Virus record (IMG/VR): IMGVR_UViG_3300018080_008436
Coordinates: 1 to 64,000 of that record
Direction: 5' to 3' (one strand)
DNA length: 64,000 nucleotides
The notes beneath the pieces were generated by a model. That model saw only the letters and a program-made list of their open reading frames with translations, searched no databases and had not been told where the DNA came from. Both the position numbers and the translations under genes were made by a program. Shown here piece by piece: positions 45,334 to 55,568 of the stretch. Numbering within the stretch: the stretch's first letter is position 1; each line of letters opens with the position of its first letter.

Positions 45334-47364
45334 TCATACCCGAAATGCATTTGCAAGTTCTTGTTCCTCAAGCCATTCATTGAACTTGTGTTCATAACCT
45401 TCAATAATGCTTGACCCCATGCTCTTTTTTGTGATTTGGTATCCACATTCTCTAAAGATTTCAACCATTCTGTCTTGACTGATCTCTTTGGTTTCATTCA
45501 ACTCTTTGGCAACGACTTTGTAGAGATCGGTGTTTTCCTTAAGAAGTCTCATCGCAGTCTTCTTAGACTCTTCGATCAGACTCTCCAACTCTTCATTGGT
45601 CTCTCCTAGAGCCGTATTGTAAGAGCATGAACCGTTGGTTGTCTCTGAGACTACTTTTGATAATGTAGACCCCATAGCGTTCCTCCTAATATATCTAGCG
45701 AGGGCTACGGTTGCATTATCAACATCCAGATAACAACCTGAGGATCTTGACGACTTTCCAAAGACCATTTCTTCTGCACAAAGTCCAGCAAGCCAAACAG
45801 CGCACTGTTTCTTTATATTGTCTTCTGAGTCGATAATTTGATGAGGCATAACATATCCACCCATTTTACCAGAAAGAAGTGAGACAGTATACAATGGAGC
45901 ATGTCCAAAGAGTAATCCATAGACAACTGCATGCCCTGCTTCATGAACTGAAACATGAGTGATGAAATCATACTTTTGGAGCTTTTCCCATTTGATGAAG
46001 TCAATTTCTCCAACATGATTTTTCTCATATGAGAATTTACGACCAGTCAGAACAATCTGCTTATCTTCATAAGAGACCTTAGCCTTTCTGAATTTTTCAC
46101 CAGCGATAAGTGCTTTCAGGATGAGTTCTGTTACACCTGATTCCAGAATGGATTTGATCTCTGAGAAGACTGGTCTTGTCCCTTGAGTTGGATAAACACC
46201 ATTTCTATAGATCAAATCATAGATGGAGTCCTCAATAGTCAGAGTAATTTTAAAATCTTTTTTGATATTCTGTACATACTCATCACATTTCATCTTGATG
46301 ATTGTTCTAAAGTTAGCTTCAGACAATGCAGGATAAATCACATGATTGTTCCCAAGACGAGCAATCTGTTCTGGTAAGAAGACATCCCCCAATGATCTTT
46401 TGATCGTATGGATATTGATGTGTTTGCAAAGTTCATGGTAGTAATCAGCAGGGATGTCATTTCCGAACTGAGTTGAAACATTATAAGCGTTGTCCAAATT
46501 TCCACTTACGAAAACCAACAGCTTACTGTAGTCATGTTCGGTATGAGTGAATTTCTCTTTGTCGTCTTTGAATTCTTTGACCAGATCGATCAGTTTCTCT
46601 TTGGGCCAGTTGGCGATCTCGTAAGCTGACTCAGTCAGTTTGAGTACTCTTTTGATTCTTCTGGCATTGTAAAGACATCCACTTCTGAAGGCATATGAAC
46701 TAAGAGTAGGGGGTTTTGATTCTTCTTCTTCATCATCATCATCTTCATCATCTGTGAGAGGGACCTCACGCTTGTCAAGAATTGTATCAACAAATTTTTT
46801 ACTTGAGCTTTTCTTTGGAATCTTCCCTTCTTTCTGTCTTTCGTTATACTCTTTGAGACGTTTGAGATAGTCCTCATAATCAAGTGTCATCTCATAGAGC
46901 ATGTCGATTGAGACGGTAGATCTGATCTTTCCATCTGAGAGCAGTTCCCAAGTGTCCATATAAGGAAGGTTACGCATCTTGCGTCCAGATTCATCCTTAC
47001 ATCTAAACCGTTGCATTTCGTCAAGCAGAAGGATTCCAGGTTTACCCTCATCGATAACGCCTTCCAGTTTGTCGATGAGCATTTTGGATGCAAGTGAGGA
47101 CTCATCGAATGTAACTTCGCAATAGTCCTCTTTCATATGAAGAAGGTCTCTGAGTGTTCTGACCAGATCTGTTTTACCAACCCCAGTCATACCCCAGAGA
47201 CAAATGATAGTAGGATGGTTGACGATCTCAGGTACGCAGTACCATGCCTCCATCTCACTAATGATTCTATCTATAACCTCGTCTAACCCAACAAACTTTT
47301 TCTTGAGTTCTTCGCCTGCGTTAGCGAGTTCGTTTTTTCTTTTCTCAATAACTTTGAGGTCCAT
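45334..47364 (-). CDS. AAA+ ATPase fused to peptidase M41 (soluble FtsH-like protease)
   Basis: Walker A GMTGVGKT, Walker B LLLDE, HEAGH zinc motif, LAG..AEE..FG. Confidence 0.85.
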   Translation of the reverse strand: MDLKVIEKRKNELANAGEELKKKFVGLDEVIDRIISEMEAWYCVPEIVNHPTIICLWGMTGVGKTDLVRTLRDLLHMKEDYCEVTFDESSLASKMLIDKLEGVIDEGKPGILLLDEMQRFRCKDESGRKMRNLPYMDTWELLSDGKIRSTVSIDMLYEMTLDYEDYLKRLKEYNERQKEGKIPKKSSSKKFVDTILDKREVPLTDDEDDDDEEEESKPPTLSSYAFRSGCLYNARRIKRVLKLTESAYEIANWPKEKLIDLVKEFKDDKEKFTHTEHDYSKLLVFVSGNLDNAYNVSTQFGNDIPADYYHELCKHINIHTIKRSLGDVFLPEQIARLGNNHVIYPALSEANFRTIIKMKCDEYVQNIKKDFKITLTIEDSIYDLIYRNGVYPTQGTRPVFSEIKSILESGVTELILKALIAGEKFRKAKVSYEDKQIVLTGRKFSYEKNHVGEIDFIKWEKLQKYDFITHVSVHEAGHAVVYGLLFGHAPLYTVSLLSGKMGGYVMPHQIIDSEDNIKKQCAVWLAGLCAEEMVFGKSSRSSGCYLDVDNATVALARYIRRNAMGSTLSKVVSETTNGSCSYNTALGETNEELESLIEESKKTAMRLLKENTDLYKVVAKELNETKEISQDRMVEIFRECGYQITKKSMGSSIIEGYEHKFNEWLEEQELANAFRV

Positions 47365-47376
47365 GTATATAATTCC

Positions 47377-47613
47377 TTATTCGAAGCGGATTTTACTTTT
47401 CTTTCTAGTATGGCCACAAGCAGGACAAGTTTCTTCGTCGTTTAGCTCCTTTAGTTCACTTAGGTCTGGTTGATTAACAACTCTTTTCGGGAGGTCACTT
47501 GATGGGACATCATTACAGATGGCAACTTTGTCGCAAATTTCGCATTTTCCTTTACTGGTCATGAATGATGCAGGCCAGTCTTTTTCTCTTCGACAATCCT
47601 CGCAGTAAAACAT
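47377..47613 (-). CDS. Zn-binding hypothetical protein
   Basis: Three CxxC. Confidence 0.65.
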   Translation of the reverse strand: MFYCEDCRREKDWPASFMTSKGKCEICDKVAICNDVPSSDLPKRVVNQPDLSELKELNDEETCPACGHTRKKSKIRFE

Positions 47614-47622
47614 GTTCCCTCC

Positions 47623-47880
47623 TTATTTCAACACTCTTTTCAGAACCTTGTCGATATCCTCGCTCTTCACTCTTTCCCAAATAATTTCTCTATCCAGATG
47701 TTTCTCATCTTCAACGACAGGGGAGTATGCTGTTGGCCCCCATTTCTTCATAAGAAACTTCACTTTATTTCCATTTCTTTCAAGAATGGCTCCCCCATTA
47801 ATAAACTCCATGGAAGTTCCAGGTAGTGACTTGTTGATCAAGTTCCTGATCATTGTATTGATCATTGTTTTGTCATTCAT
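47623..47880 (-). CDS. hypothetical protein
   Basis: ORF in operon. Confidence 0.6.
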   Translation of the reverse strand: MNDKTMINTMIRNLINKSLPGTSMEFINGGAILERNGNKVKFLMKKWGPTAYSPVVEDEKHLDREIIWERVKSEDIDKVLKRVLK

Positions 47881-48254
47881 TTTATGACCTTAAAAAATGG
47901 GGTTACTTTGACAAAGACTTCCTCATCATCTGCTGGCAAACTCAGCCATCCAGCACATAATGAATCTGAGTACAGTTCCCAGAGTCTTTGGGCTTGTGAT
48001 TCTGTAATCGTAATTCCTTTTTCATCAAAGATACTCATGATGCGAGAGATATCTTTGTCATCAGTGTAGAACCTCTGTCTTTTGCTCTTGTTTATTTCAA
48101 TCTTTACAAGAGGTTGACTGTTGGTCAAAATATCAATCTCGCTATCTCCGCACTTACAATCTGGCAATTCATCGTATGGAATGCATGGAGATGAGAAATC
48201 CCCTGCCAGGGACAACCTAATATCTTCGTATTGCCGTCTTGTTATTTTCTTCAT
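47877..48254 (-). CDS. hypothetical protein
   Basis: ATGA overlap. Confidence 0.65.
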   Translation of the reverse strand: MKKITRRQYEDIRLSLAGDFSSPCIPYDELPDCKCGDSEIDILTNSQPLVKIEINKSKRQRFYTDDKDISRIMSIFDEKGITITESQAQRLWELYSDSLCAGWLSLPADDEEVFVKVTPFFKVIK

Positions 48255-49000
48255 CGTTCTTCTTTGTTTGTAATGATTGAGATTGGTGTTTCTTCATCCT
48301 CATCTTCTAGGGGTATAAGCTTCAACCTTCTTCTAATCTCATCAGTGTTTAATAGCTGGGCCTTGTTGCCTTGAGTCACAAGGAAATCAAACCAAGATAT
48401 TTTATCATAGAACTCATCTACTACATCAGCACCAATATTTTTATTATTAGAAAGACGAAGCCAATTAATCTTGTCCTGAAATTCTCTAATGAACTCAACG
48501 CTGAGTGTCTGACTAGATGAGATCATCCCCCAGTCCAGTTTTTCATGGTATTTGCGCATTAAGTCTTCGCCCATTTTTTGATATCGACTTGCACACTTCC
48601 AATCAATTCTTTTACTGAATTTGTCCATGAACTCATCACTAAGCTCTTGGTAATTTACAATACTGTACCAAGCCATTTTTTCTTTGTTCTCTTCGATGAA
48701 CCTCTCGCTCAAAATCTGATAACGACATATGATCCAAAATTCATCGTCCCCCAAAGAATCTTTAACTTTATCGAGTAATTCCTCTGAGACTTTATTATTC
48801 TTAAGAACAGTAGGAAGATTAAGGTGATCCAGGAACTCAATGATAAATTCCTCACTCAGCTTAAGCAGACTGATATGCTTCCAATGAACTTTTTCAATGA
48901 ACTTCTTAATGTCCTTTTTGCGGAGCTTTGTTTTCCTGTAACTCCACAGTCCCTTTTGGTTACCAAGTTCAAGTATTTCATTTTTGAGTTTTCTTTTCAT
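48251..49000 (-). CDS. tryptophan-repeat protein
   Basis: ~23-aa repeats W..IS.YQ.LSE.FI..F.DKI.W. Confidence 0.8.
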   Translation of the reverse strand: MKRKLKNEILELGNQKGLWSYRKTKLRKKDIKKFIEKVHWKHISLLKLSEEFIIEFLDHLNLPTVLKNNKVSEELLDKVKDSLGDDEFWIICRYQILSERFIEENKEKMAWYSIVNYQELSDEFMDKFSKRIDWKCASRYQKMGEDLMRKYHEKLDWGMISSSQTLSVEFIREFQDKINWLRLSNNKNIGADVVDEFYDKISWFDFLVTQGNKAQLLNTDEIRRRLKLIPLEDEDEETPISIITNKEER

Positions 49001-49248
49001 ATCTCATCCAAACATTCGCCGTCGAGGTTAAAATCATCCCAGGCCCATCGGCATGTATCTTTCTTATCGCATTTGTAACAAGTAAATTTCTTTCGAGATG
49101 GTTCACTGTCTTCACCAAGAAACAGTTCCTGTATACGTTCCTGGCAGAAGTTACACCCTTCTACAAACGCTTTAACCCAAAGATCCTTTTGTTCTTTGGT
49201 TAGATCTTTGGGGGCGGTTTCTTGTGCTATCTTTTTGATATTTTTCAT
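48997..49248 (-). CDS. hypothetical protein
   Basis: Cys cluster. Confidence 0.65.
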   Translation of the reverse strand: MKNIKKIAQETAPKDLTKEQKDLWVKAFVEGCNFCQERIQELFLGEDSEPSRKKFTCYKCDKKDTCRWAWDDFNLDGECLDEI

Positions 49249-49757
49249 GGGTTTGGAGTAAACTTCATTCCATCATCAATTGGGTTTCTGGTTTTGACTT
49301 CTGCTGATCTGAGCGTGTCGAAATATCCGCGCCAGAACGCATTAACCCTAACGAGTTCTCCTTCATCGTTAGGTACAAAGAGATAGGATTCAGGCATCCC
49401 TTCAGTGTCGTCGTACCAAGGTTCCTTCTTGGCTTCTTCTTTCATATTCTCGATTTCTTCATCGTCAAACTCGAATCTACCATACCCTTTGATATTCTCA
49501 AAGAAAGTGTGATGAGCTTCAATACACTTTATGGCTTCTTTTGCTTTCTCAACATAATCCCAATAAATCTCTTCAACCATCTCAACCTGATCAGTTTCTC
49601 GGTGGAATGAGTCACCAGTATCATAGATGATTTCGATGTAGTATCTCTTACTGTTTTGGGACTCACGCCATTTCTTCCAACAGGCTTCGCAACCACAGAC
49701 TGGCTTTCTGGTTGCCTTATATTTACTGGCATATGAACATTTCTTTTTCATTTGCAA
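49245..49757 (-). CDS. hypothetical phage protein
   Basis: IEIIYDTGDSF...FWRGYFDTL. Confidence 0.7.
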   Translation of the reverse strand: MQMKKKCSYASKYKATRKPVCGCEACWKKWRESQNSKRYYIEIIYDTGDSFHRETDQVEMVEEIYWDYVEKAKEAIKCIEAHHTFFENIKGYGRFEFDDEEIENMKEEAKKEPWYDDTEGMPESYLFVPNDEGELVRVNAFWRGYFDTLRSAEVKTRNPIDDGMKFTPNP

Positions 49758-49972
49758 TGTCTCTCGAATAGTTCTCGTTCTTCATCTGTCAGAAGACTCT
49801 TGAAAACAAGGATTGATCCGTTGCCAGGATTACCTTCAGCACCATATCCATAACCAGTTAGTTCATACATATCGCCTCTAACTGATTCCACTTTGAAGTC
49901 AATCCCAGGAGGTATTCCCATCCAGACAGAATGCTCCATGCCGAACTTGATTTTATTAGGTTCCAATCTCAT
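49748..49972 (-). CDS. hypothetical protein
   Basis: ORF in operon. Confidence 0.6.
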   Translation of the reverse strand: MRLEPNKIKFGMEHSVWMGIPPGIDFKVESVRGDMYELTGYGYGAEGNPGNGSILVFKSLLTDEERELFERHCK

Positions 49973-49975
49973 TGG

Positions 49976-50257
49976 TTACTCCCATGGGTCAAAATCACCA
50001 ACTGATTCAAGAATCTCTTTGGCTTCTTCGATTAATTCTTCTGTGACGAATGCTCCATCTGTTGCAATATGGTCAATAATTCTGAGCATACGCTCTGCAT
50101 TGACAAACAGTTTAGCATCTCTCTCCCATTGTTCATCAGAAACAAATTTTGGAGCTTTAGCTACACAATATGCGTGACCAGGGAATTTTTCAAAGAAGAT
50201 TGATCCATTGTTTGTCCCGTCATCATTGCGACTTTTGTGATATTGAAGCTTTCTCAC
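49976..50257 (-). CDS. hypothetical protein
   Basis: ORF in operon. Confidence 0.6.
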   Translation of the reverse strand: MRKLQYHKSRNDDGTNNGSIFFEKFPGHAYCVAKAPKFVSDEQWERDAKLFVNAERMLRIIDHIATDGAFVTEELIEEAKEILESVGDFDPWE

Positions 50258-50594
50258 TTTCTTCGATCCTTTCTTTGCATCTTGGGCATCGTTCGCAGAG
50301 ATCTTTTAATGAGATATTGATATCAACTCTTGCGTTGATTACCTCATTGCCATAATGATCGATTCTAGGCTGTTCGTAAGGACTTTTATGGTTCATCCCT
50401 CTACGCAACATCTCTTCTGCCAATTCGTCATGTCTTTGTCCCATTTTAGAGGGTTCTATTTGAACAACAGGATTCAACCTGCCATGCATACGATGTCCTT
50501 TGACGAAGTTATGTTTATGTTTATGGATCTCTCCGTGCTCACCACATAAGTGTTGATTGCATAGCAACTTAGGATTTACCATCCACATTCTCAT
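50223..50594 (-). CDS. pyrimidine dimer DNA glycosylase (DenV-like)
   Basis: MRMWMVNPKLLCNQHLCGEHGEIH ... RHDELAEEMLRRG.NH.SP. Confidence 0.8.
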   Translation of the reverse strand: MRMWMVNPKLLCNQHLCGEHGEIHKHKHNFVKGHRMHGRLNPVVQIEPSKMGQRHDELAEEMLRRGMNHKSPYEQPRIDHYGNEVINARVDINISLKDLCERCPRCKERIEESEKASISQKSQ

Positions 50595-51097
50595 TGAGAA
50601 TCTCCCAATCCAAAAAGTCCGCCGATTGCTTCCACGTCTTGATCTGATGGCCTGAAAATCCCCTCACTATCAAGATTGTTTATTGTACGAGACAAAACGG
50701 CTTGGGCTATCTCTAAAGATCCAATATAATCCTGATCATCATCCAATAAAAAACTAGCCATAACTCTGGTGTCTTCTTGACACTTTATAAACATGTCAAC
50801 AGCGTCCTTATGTCCTGCCAGAATGTAACCAGTAGAAAGAGCCTGTGACTGTTGTGAAGCTTGAACCCACTCTATCAAAGCAGGTTTATTATTCTCTCTG
50901 AACTCCTGGAAAAGTTCTCTGATTCTTCGTACAGCAATTGTCGCGACAGCTTTGATTTGCGCATCATCTTCGGCCTCTTGCCTTTCCTTCTCATATTCTA
51001 TGATGATAGCACTATGCTCCAAAGCAACTTTCGACATAGCCTGCATACGACTTTGTCTAGTTCCAATCTCATTTGCCATTTTTTCCAAGCTACTCAC
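50591..51097 (-). CDS. hypothetical protein
   Basis: ORF in operon. Confidence 0.65.
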   Translation of the reverse strand: MSSLEKMANEIGTRQSRMQAMSKVALEHSAIIIEYEKERQEAEDDAQIKAVATIAVRRIRELFQEFRENNKPALIEWVQASQQSQALSTGYILAGHKDAVDMFIKCQEDTRVMASFLLDDDQDYIGSLEIAQAVLSRTINNLDSEGIFRPSDQDVEAIGGLFGLGDSQ

Positions 51098-51401
51098 TCT
51101 TTTTCTCCTCGATAGGTTTGATCAGTTCATACAGTTCCTCGACATCTTTCTGAGTAACAGTCATGGTCTTGAGTGTTTCAAGCATGTCTTCAGAGATATC
51201 CTTTCTACGACGATGCTTGTCTTTGTATGGATCAAGTAGGCCATTGCCGATCCACATCTCATGAGTGAGATACATCTTGCCCTTCTGGTCTTTGGCGACT
51301 GCCAGTTTCCCCATCTCCAGAACTACATCTTCTTTATGAGTCCCATAATGAATGAACTCATCTACTCTTTCAGCTTTTGTCTTTTGTGATTTTCTGCCCA
51401 T
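51090..51401 (-). CDS. hypothetical protein
   Basis: ORF in operon. Confidence 0.65.
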   Translation of the reverse strand: MGRKSQKTKAERVDEFIHYGTHKEDVVLEMGKLAVAKDQKGKMYLTHEMWIGNGLLDPYKDKHRRRKDISEDMLETLKTMTVTQKDVEELYELIKPIEEKKSE

Positions 51402-51573
51402 TTTGTGCCCCTTTGATACTCTGCTAGTATCCTTCTGTAAGTGCTTTGTAAACTACATAGATTAAAACGACAGCAACGACTCCGACGATAACAATAGTAT
51501 TCATGGTAGCCTCCTGCTTTTACTAAATATAGCTTGGTTCTTGGGCTTATCAAGCCGTAATAAGAAAATATTT

Positions 51574-51915
51574 TCAGAAAGGGATCTCGTCATAAATTTG
51601 GATTGTCATACGACTTTCCATGACCAATCCATCTGGCAAGATGATCTCTCTATGATTATAGGAATTTCGATATCCCAACACTGCTTCTGTATCATCAGTA
51701 CCCATGCCCTGAGTGATATCCTGGTTGATATAAATTTTATCGATTCTCAACTCATCTTTGAGATCTGGCATTCGCTCTTCCAACTCTTTGAGCATCTTGT
51801 TTGCATCATCTAATGATGTCCAGAGAGAATGGACAGCGGCTCCTGACATAAGGAAATAAATATGTTTTTCCAGAAGTCCACTCAAAGTAATTGTTTTTGT
51901 ATTAGTCGAAGTCAA
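51574..51915 (-). CDS. MIKPIILD-family paralog
   Basis: TKTITLS..VHSLWTSLDDA. Confidence 0.8.
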   Translation of the reverse strand: MTSTNTKTITLSGLLEKHIYFLMSGAAVHSLWTSLDDANKMLKELEERMPDLKDELRIDKIYINQDITQGMGTDDTEAVLGYRNSYNHREIILPDGLVMESRMTIQIYDEIPF

Positions 51916-52123
51916 GGTATGTCACCATTTTTCCTACTGGTATTGAATAAAGTTTGGCATCTTTATGATACTTTTCAACATGGCCCAACATTAATAAAGC
52001 TTCTTCTTTGTCAAACCATATAGAGTGAATTTCGACTGACGATTTCCCCCATCTTACTCCATTAAATGTCACAACATAAACTCGTTGGTTTTGTCGATCT
52101 AATATTATTGGTTTTACTTCCAT
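51902..52123 (-). CDS. MIKPIILD-family paralog
   Basis: MEVKPIILDRQ..IHSIWFDKEEA. Confidence 0.8.
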   Translation of the reverse strand: MEVKPIILDRQNQRVYVVTFNGVRWGKSSVEIHSIWFDKEEALLMLGHVEKYHKDAKLYSIPVGKMVTYLDFD

Positions 52124-52578
52124 CAAGTCACCATAAATAAAAACATCATCAAAACAATAACAATCACTGCAATTGGGATGAACGCAAATATACCGAAAAG
52201 TTCCAAACAAATACTAGTAGCGATTGCCAATGCTGTTGAAAAAGTGATTACAACAGTTAACATAAATGAGAGTACTGAATTGGGGTATTTTCTTGCCAAC
52301 TCTCTGGCTTTCATTTTAGTGACTCTACAGATGTATTTCCATCTACTCTCTCGTCTCTCATCCTGTATGTAGGTCTGAGAAAATCCACGCTCTATGATCT
52401 CGTCCAGCGCAATTATTTTTACATAAGAGTCGTGACGGGAGCAGTCCGTATATTCATCCAAAGCGGCTCTTGCTCTATCCATTGTACTCCAGATAGAATG
52501 CATACAATTATGTCGGATCACTGCATATACTTGCTGAACCTCTTGATCATCCATACAAATTGTTTTGACATTACTCAT
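52123..52578 (-). CDS. MIKPIILD-family paralog with two C-terminal TMs
   Basis: VKTICMDDQ..HSIWSTMDRA. Confidence 0.8.
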   Translation of the reverse strand: MSNVKTICMDDQEVQQVYAVIRHNCMHSIWSTMDRARAALDEYTDCSRHDSYVKIIALDEIIERGFSQTYIQDERRESRWKYICRVTKMKARELARKYPNSVLSFMLTVVITFSTALAIATSICLELFGIFAFIPIAVIVIVLMMFLFMVT

Positions 52579-52741
52579 GATACAATGATTATTCTCTTTG
52601 CTTTCTTGCAGATCTTACACTCTTGATCTTCGGTAAACACCTGGATGTCTCCAGTATCAGTGTCAATAGTAGCTACAGATCTCTCCTTGGCTGTCCAAGT
52701 ATGCCAGCCCAAAGAACATAAGATCTCTTGTAGCCTTCTGA

Positions 52742-52936
52742 TCATTTCAGATCTTTTTCACTTACCCAGGTTGTCATGTAAATTTCCAGATGTTTAATCT
52801 GAAATCTTACTTTGCGCATTTGTTCATTCGTCTCAAGAACCTTGCCAACTGATCCTCTCATAACAGTGAATTCAGTTCCGCCACCAACATGAATGATGAT
52901 GTTGTTCTTCAATGTGACTTGATCTTCTGCTTTCAT
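52742..52936 (-). CDS. hypothetical protein
   Basis: SD GGGAG. Confidence 0.6.
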   Translation of the reverse strand: MKAEDQVTLKNNIIIHVGGGTEFTVMRGSVGKVLETNEQMRKVRFQIKHLEIYMTTWVSEKDLK

Positions 52937-52948
52937 TTTCTTATCTCC

Positions 52949-53407
52949 CTAGATAATTTGTAGTGCATGTAAAACCCAATACAATGTTGCCCCTATAATA
53001 GTGATATCTAATATTAACGCTACAGGCAACCATTTTTGTATCTTTCTCATCCTTTCAAGTCGAAAAGCTTCCTCATGCTTTTCCGCAAACTGACATTCTC
53101 TTATCGACTCTTCTCCTTCAGTCAACTCAAAATCTATAAAAGGAATTAGAGATCCAATAGGTGCTTCATGTATCCTAGCCTTCGGATATGTAGAAATGAT
53201 GTTATCCAAAATATATTCAGCCTCTTCTCTCGTCTTCCAAATGGAATGGATCTCTAAATGAGGTGGATAATCCGTACATGATGTTCTATCAAATGGATAG
53301 CTCTTATGGACTCTGAATTCTGGGGGAGGAAGATATACACTCCTGACAATAACATAAACATTGGGGGTGACTATCTGATCTTCTAATACAATTTGTTTAA
53401 CGTTCAT
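52949..53407 (-). CDS. MIKPIILD-family paralog with C-terminal TM
   Basis: VKQIVLEDQ..IHSIWKTREEA. Confidence 0.8.
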   Translation of the reverse strand: MNVKQIVLEDQIVTPNVYVIVRSVYLPPPEFRVHKSYPFDRTSCTDYPPHLEIHSIWKTREEAEYILDNIISTYPKARIHEAPIGSLIPFIDFELTEGEESIRECQFAEKHEEAFRLERMRKIQKWLPVALILDITIIGATLYWVLHALQII

Positions 53408-53691
53408 GACCTTGTCGCTCTAGTAGTTATTTCAGCCATAACTTCTTGGATCTGATCCCTGACGCTCAAATGGGTACATAAATGGGGAGTCGGATTTACA
53501 TCTAACTCAACGGTAACGACACTACCTTCTGTCAGTTCTGAACCACTAGTAAGTTGGTTGACTATTCTTGAGGCATGCTCTCTTCTTGTCCATATAGAAT
53601 GAACAGCGCCCTCCCAAATAACAACACAAACTTGCAACGGGACTTTTACTTTATCAGGTGTACTATCAAGAATTATCTTCTTCGTTGACAT
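53404..53691 (-). CDS. MIKPIILD-family paralog
   Basis: TKKIILDSTP..VHSIWTRREHA. Confidence 0.8.
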   Translation of the reverse strand: MSTKKIILDSTPDKVKVPLQVCVVIWEGAVHSIWTRREHASRIVNQLTSGSELTEGSVVTVELDVNPTPHLCTHLSVRDQIQEVMAEITTRATRS

Positions 53692-54031
53692 CGTTTCTCT
53701 CATGTTGATAATGATTTGGCATGTCATAATCCCATACAGAAGAATCAAAGTTATCTTCAGGGATTGTCCTGGCAGAGTTTAAAGCAACACCGTTATGGAC
53801 TACAACAGATCTTCTTTCATTTTCTCGAATATTGATTGCAATCTTTTTTATAAACACTAAGTTGAATTGATGCCCATGCCTTGTCTCATGATCAATTAGT
53901 GCTTTGACTTCGCAGGCAGTGTCTTCACTTGTCCAGATAGAATCAACAACATTGTTGTGTATAACAACATAAACATATTCTCGCTCTTCTATCGGAGTTC
54001 TATCCAGTACAATTGTTGCTGATTCCGACAT
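53666..54031 (-). CDS. MIKPIILD-family paralog
   Basis: ATIVLDRTP..VDSIWTSEDTA. Confidence 0.8.
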   Translation of the reverse strand: MSESATIVLDRTPIEEREYVYVVIHNNVVDSIWTSEDTACEVKALIDHETRHGHQFNLVFIKKIAINIRENERRSVVVHNGVALNSARTIPEDNFDSSVWDYDMPNHYQHERNDVNEEDNS

Positions 54032-54345
54032 TAAAAACCCTCATTGAAACCACTATCTGAAAACACATCCATCAAAGTTCTTCCCCTTCCTCTGCCATAC
54101 CGTCTTTCATCTTGTTCTCTTGCTCTTCTAACAACATGATCAGTTCCAGGGCAATTTGTGTTTTCATTAAGGTATACTCTTTGGAGTATCCCACTCCCGT
54201 TTTCTTCAACAATCTGACCAAAGACTTCCTGAGCCTCAAATGGGTCTGTCCAGGCAGAATGCACCACATTACCGACTACGATAAGGTGAAGTAAGATCCC
54301 GCTTTCTACAGTATCTTCCAGATTAAATATGCGAACTTTAGCCAT
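54031..54345 (-). CDS. MIKPIILD-family paralog
   Basis: VRIFNLED..VHSAWTDPFEA. Confidence 0.75.
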   Translation of the reverse strand: MAKVRIFNLEDTVESGILLHLIVVGNVVHSAWTDPFEAQEVFGQIVEENGSGILQRVYLNENTNCPGTDHVVRRAREQDERRYGRGRGRTLMDVFSDSGFNEGF

Positions 54346-54392
54346 AGCCTTACTCTTATACAAAGGTTACTTGAATTAATATAGACGCAAGA

Positions 54393-55202
54393 TCAGTCTA
54401 ATCCAAGAATTATCCTCTGTTTTTTGCAACAATTCTCAGAGCAGGCCCAAAGATGGTCATGTTCGAATATGTTGGTAAATTGATGAAGAACTCTGACTTC
54501 GCTGATATCTGCCCCCGCTGGCTTAAAACCTATGATCCATACGTCCTTAGAGTTTCTTGCAATGCTTTTGCCACAATTCTGACAATATCTTGGTGGAAGT
54601 GATCTAAATAATTGACAGATTTCATTTTTGTATGCCAATGCTCTTTCATATGCCAATACAGCAGTGACATCACTGGCCATGACTTCAGGTTCTACTTCAT
54701 AGCGGCTCTCTTTCCACATCCAAATTCTTCTATCAAAAAATGTCTTCCTTTTCAAGCGACGATACATTTCATGATTCATTTTGAAATTAGCGGGAGAGGC
54801 AGAGGCGGGAAAGTCATTTTCGATAATCACTTTATTAACCAGGTCTGGTCTCTGTTCCAAGACCTTTTTCACCTTTTCGGGATCATTTAAGTCTTCAGCA
54901 GTATAGAGTGATTTGAGAGTTTCATTACGAGATGGGTCAATGATCGCTGAAAAAAGTTCAACGGGAAGGCCGTTATTGACGTTAATGCTAATCTCATAGC
55001 CTCTCTGATCGCTTACAACGGGGTTTGTAGGCATTTCGATGATATGAGCGTCATTGTATGCATGTCGAAGTAATTCGAGCGTTTCCTGGGCTTTCTGAGG
55101 GTCCGTCCAAAAAGAGTGTATATCATCGACATAGTCCCCCATAGAGGCCATGACAATATAGATGGTCTCTTGTGGTTTTAGGATAATAGGTTTGGTCTTC
55201 AT
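54393..55202 (-). CDS. MIKPIILD-family paralog with FCS-like Zn finger
   Basis: TKPIILKPQ..IHSFWTD; CQNC..WACSENC. Confidence 0.8.
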   Translation of the reverse strand: MKTKPIILKPQETIYIVMASMGDYVDDIHSFWTDPQKAQETLELLRHAYNDAHIIEMPTNPVVSDQRGYEISINVNNGLPVELFSAIIDPSRNETLKSLYTAEDLNDPEKVKKVLEQRPDLVNKVIIENDFPASASPANFKMNHEMYRRLKRKTFFDRRIWMWKESRYEVEPEVMASDVTAVLAYERALAYKNEICQLFRSLPPRYCQNCGKSIARNSKDVWIIGFKPAGADISEVRVLHQFTNIFEHDHLWACSENCCKKQRIILGLD

Positions 55203-55232
55203 GGTTTGTCTCTTTACGAACCTCGGACCTAT

Positions 55233-55568
55233 TTACCAATACTTCTTGGCTTTTTCCTGCTTACTTTCAAGTTTGTAAATCTCTTCACCCAATTTCTTAA
55301 AGACTTCAGCATAATGTGTTTCAAAAGCTTTATAATTATTCTTGATGAAAACCATCAGAACAATGTTAATACCACCAAACATCCAAGATACACCAATTGC
55401 CATCCATTCAATAGTTTCTCCACTTAAAAACTTCCCCCATGCATCATAGGCACTAAAAGAATGCACTGTAGTCAGGAAAACTATCATAAAGAAGTTCAAG
55501 TAGTAGCCGAACAAATAAGTTCTAGAGAGAATTTTGTGAATTTCCTTACAGGACTCAAGTTCACTCAT
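55233..55568 (-). CDS. membrane protein
   Basis: Two TM segments; SD GGAGG. Confidence 0.65.
   Translation of the reverse strand: MSELESCKEIHKILSRTYLFGYYLNFFMIVFLTTVHSFSAYDAWGKFLSGETIEWMAIGVSWMFGGINIVLMVFIKNNYKAFETHYAEVFKKLGEEIYKLESKQEKAKKYW

Noticed and set aside
32296-55202. Diversity-generating retroelement behind the paralogs
   Set aside because: No reverse transcriptase and no template/variable repeat pair with adenine-specific differences seen.
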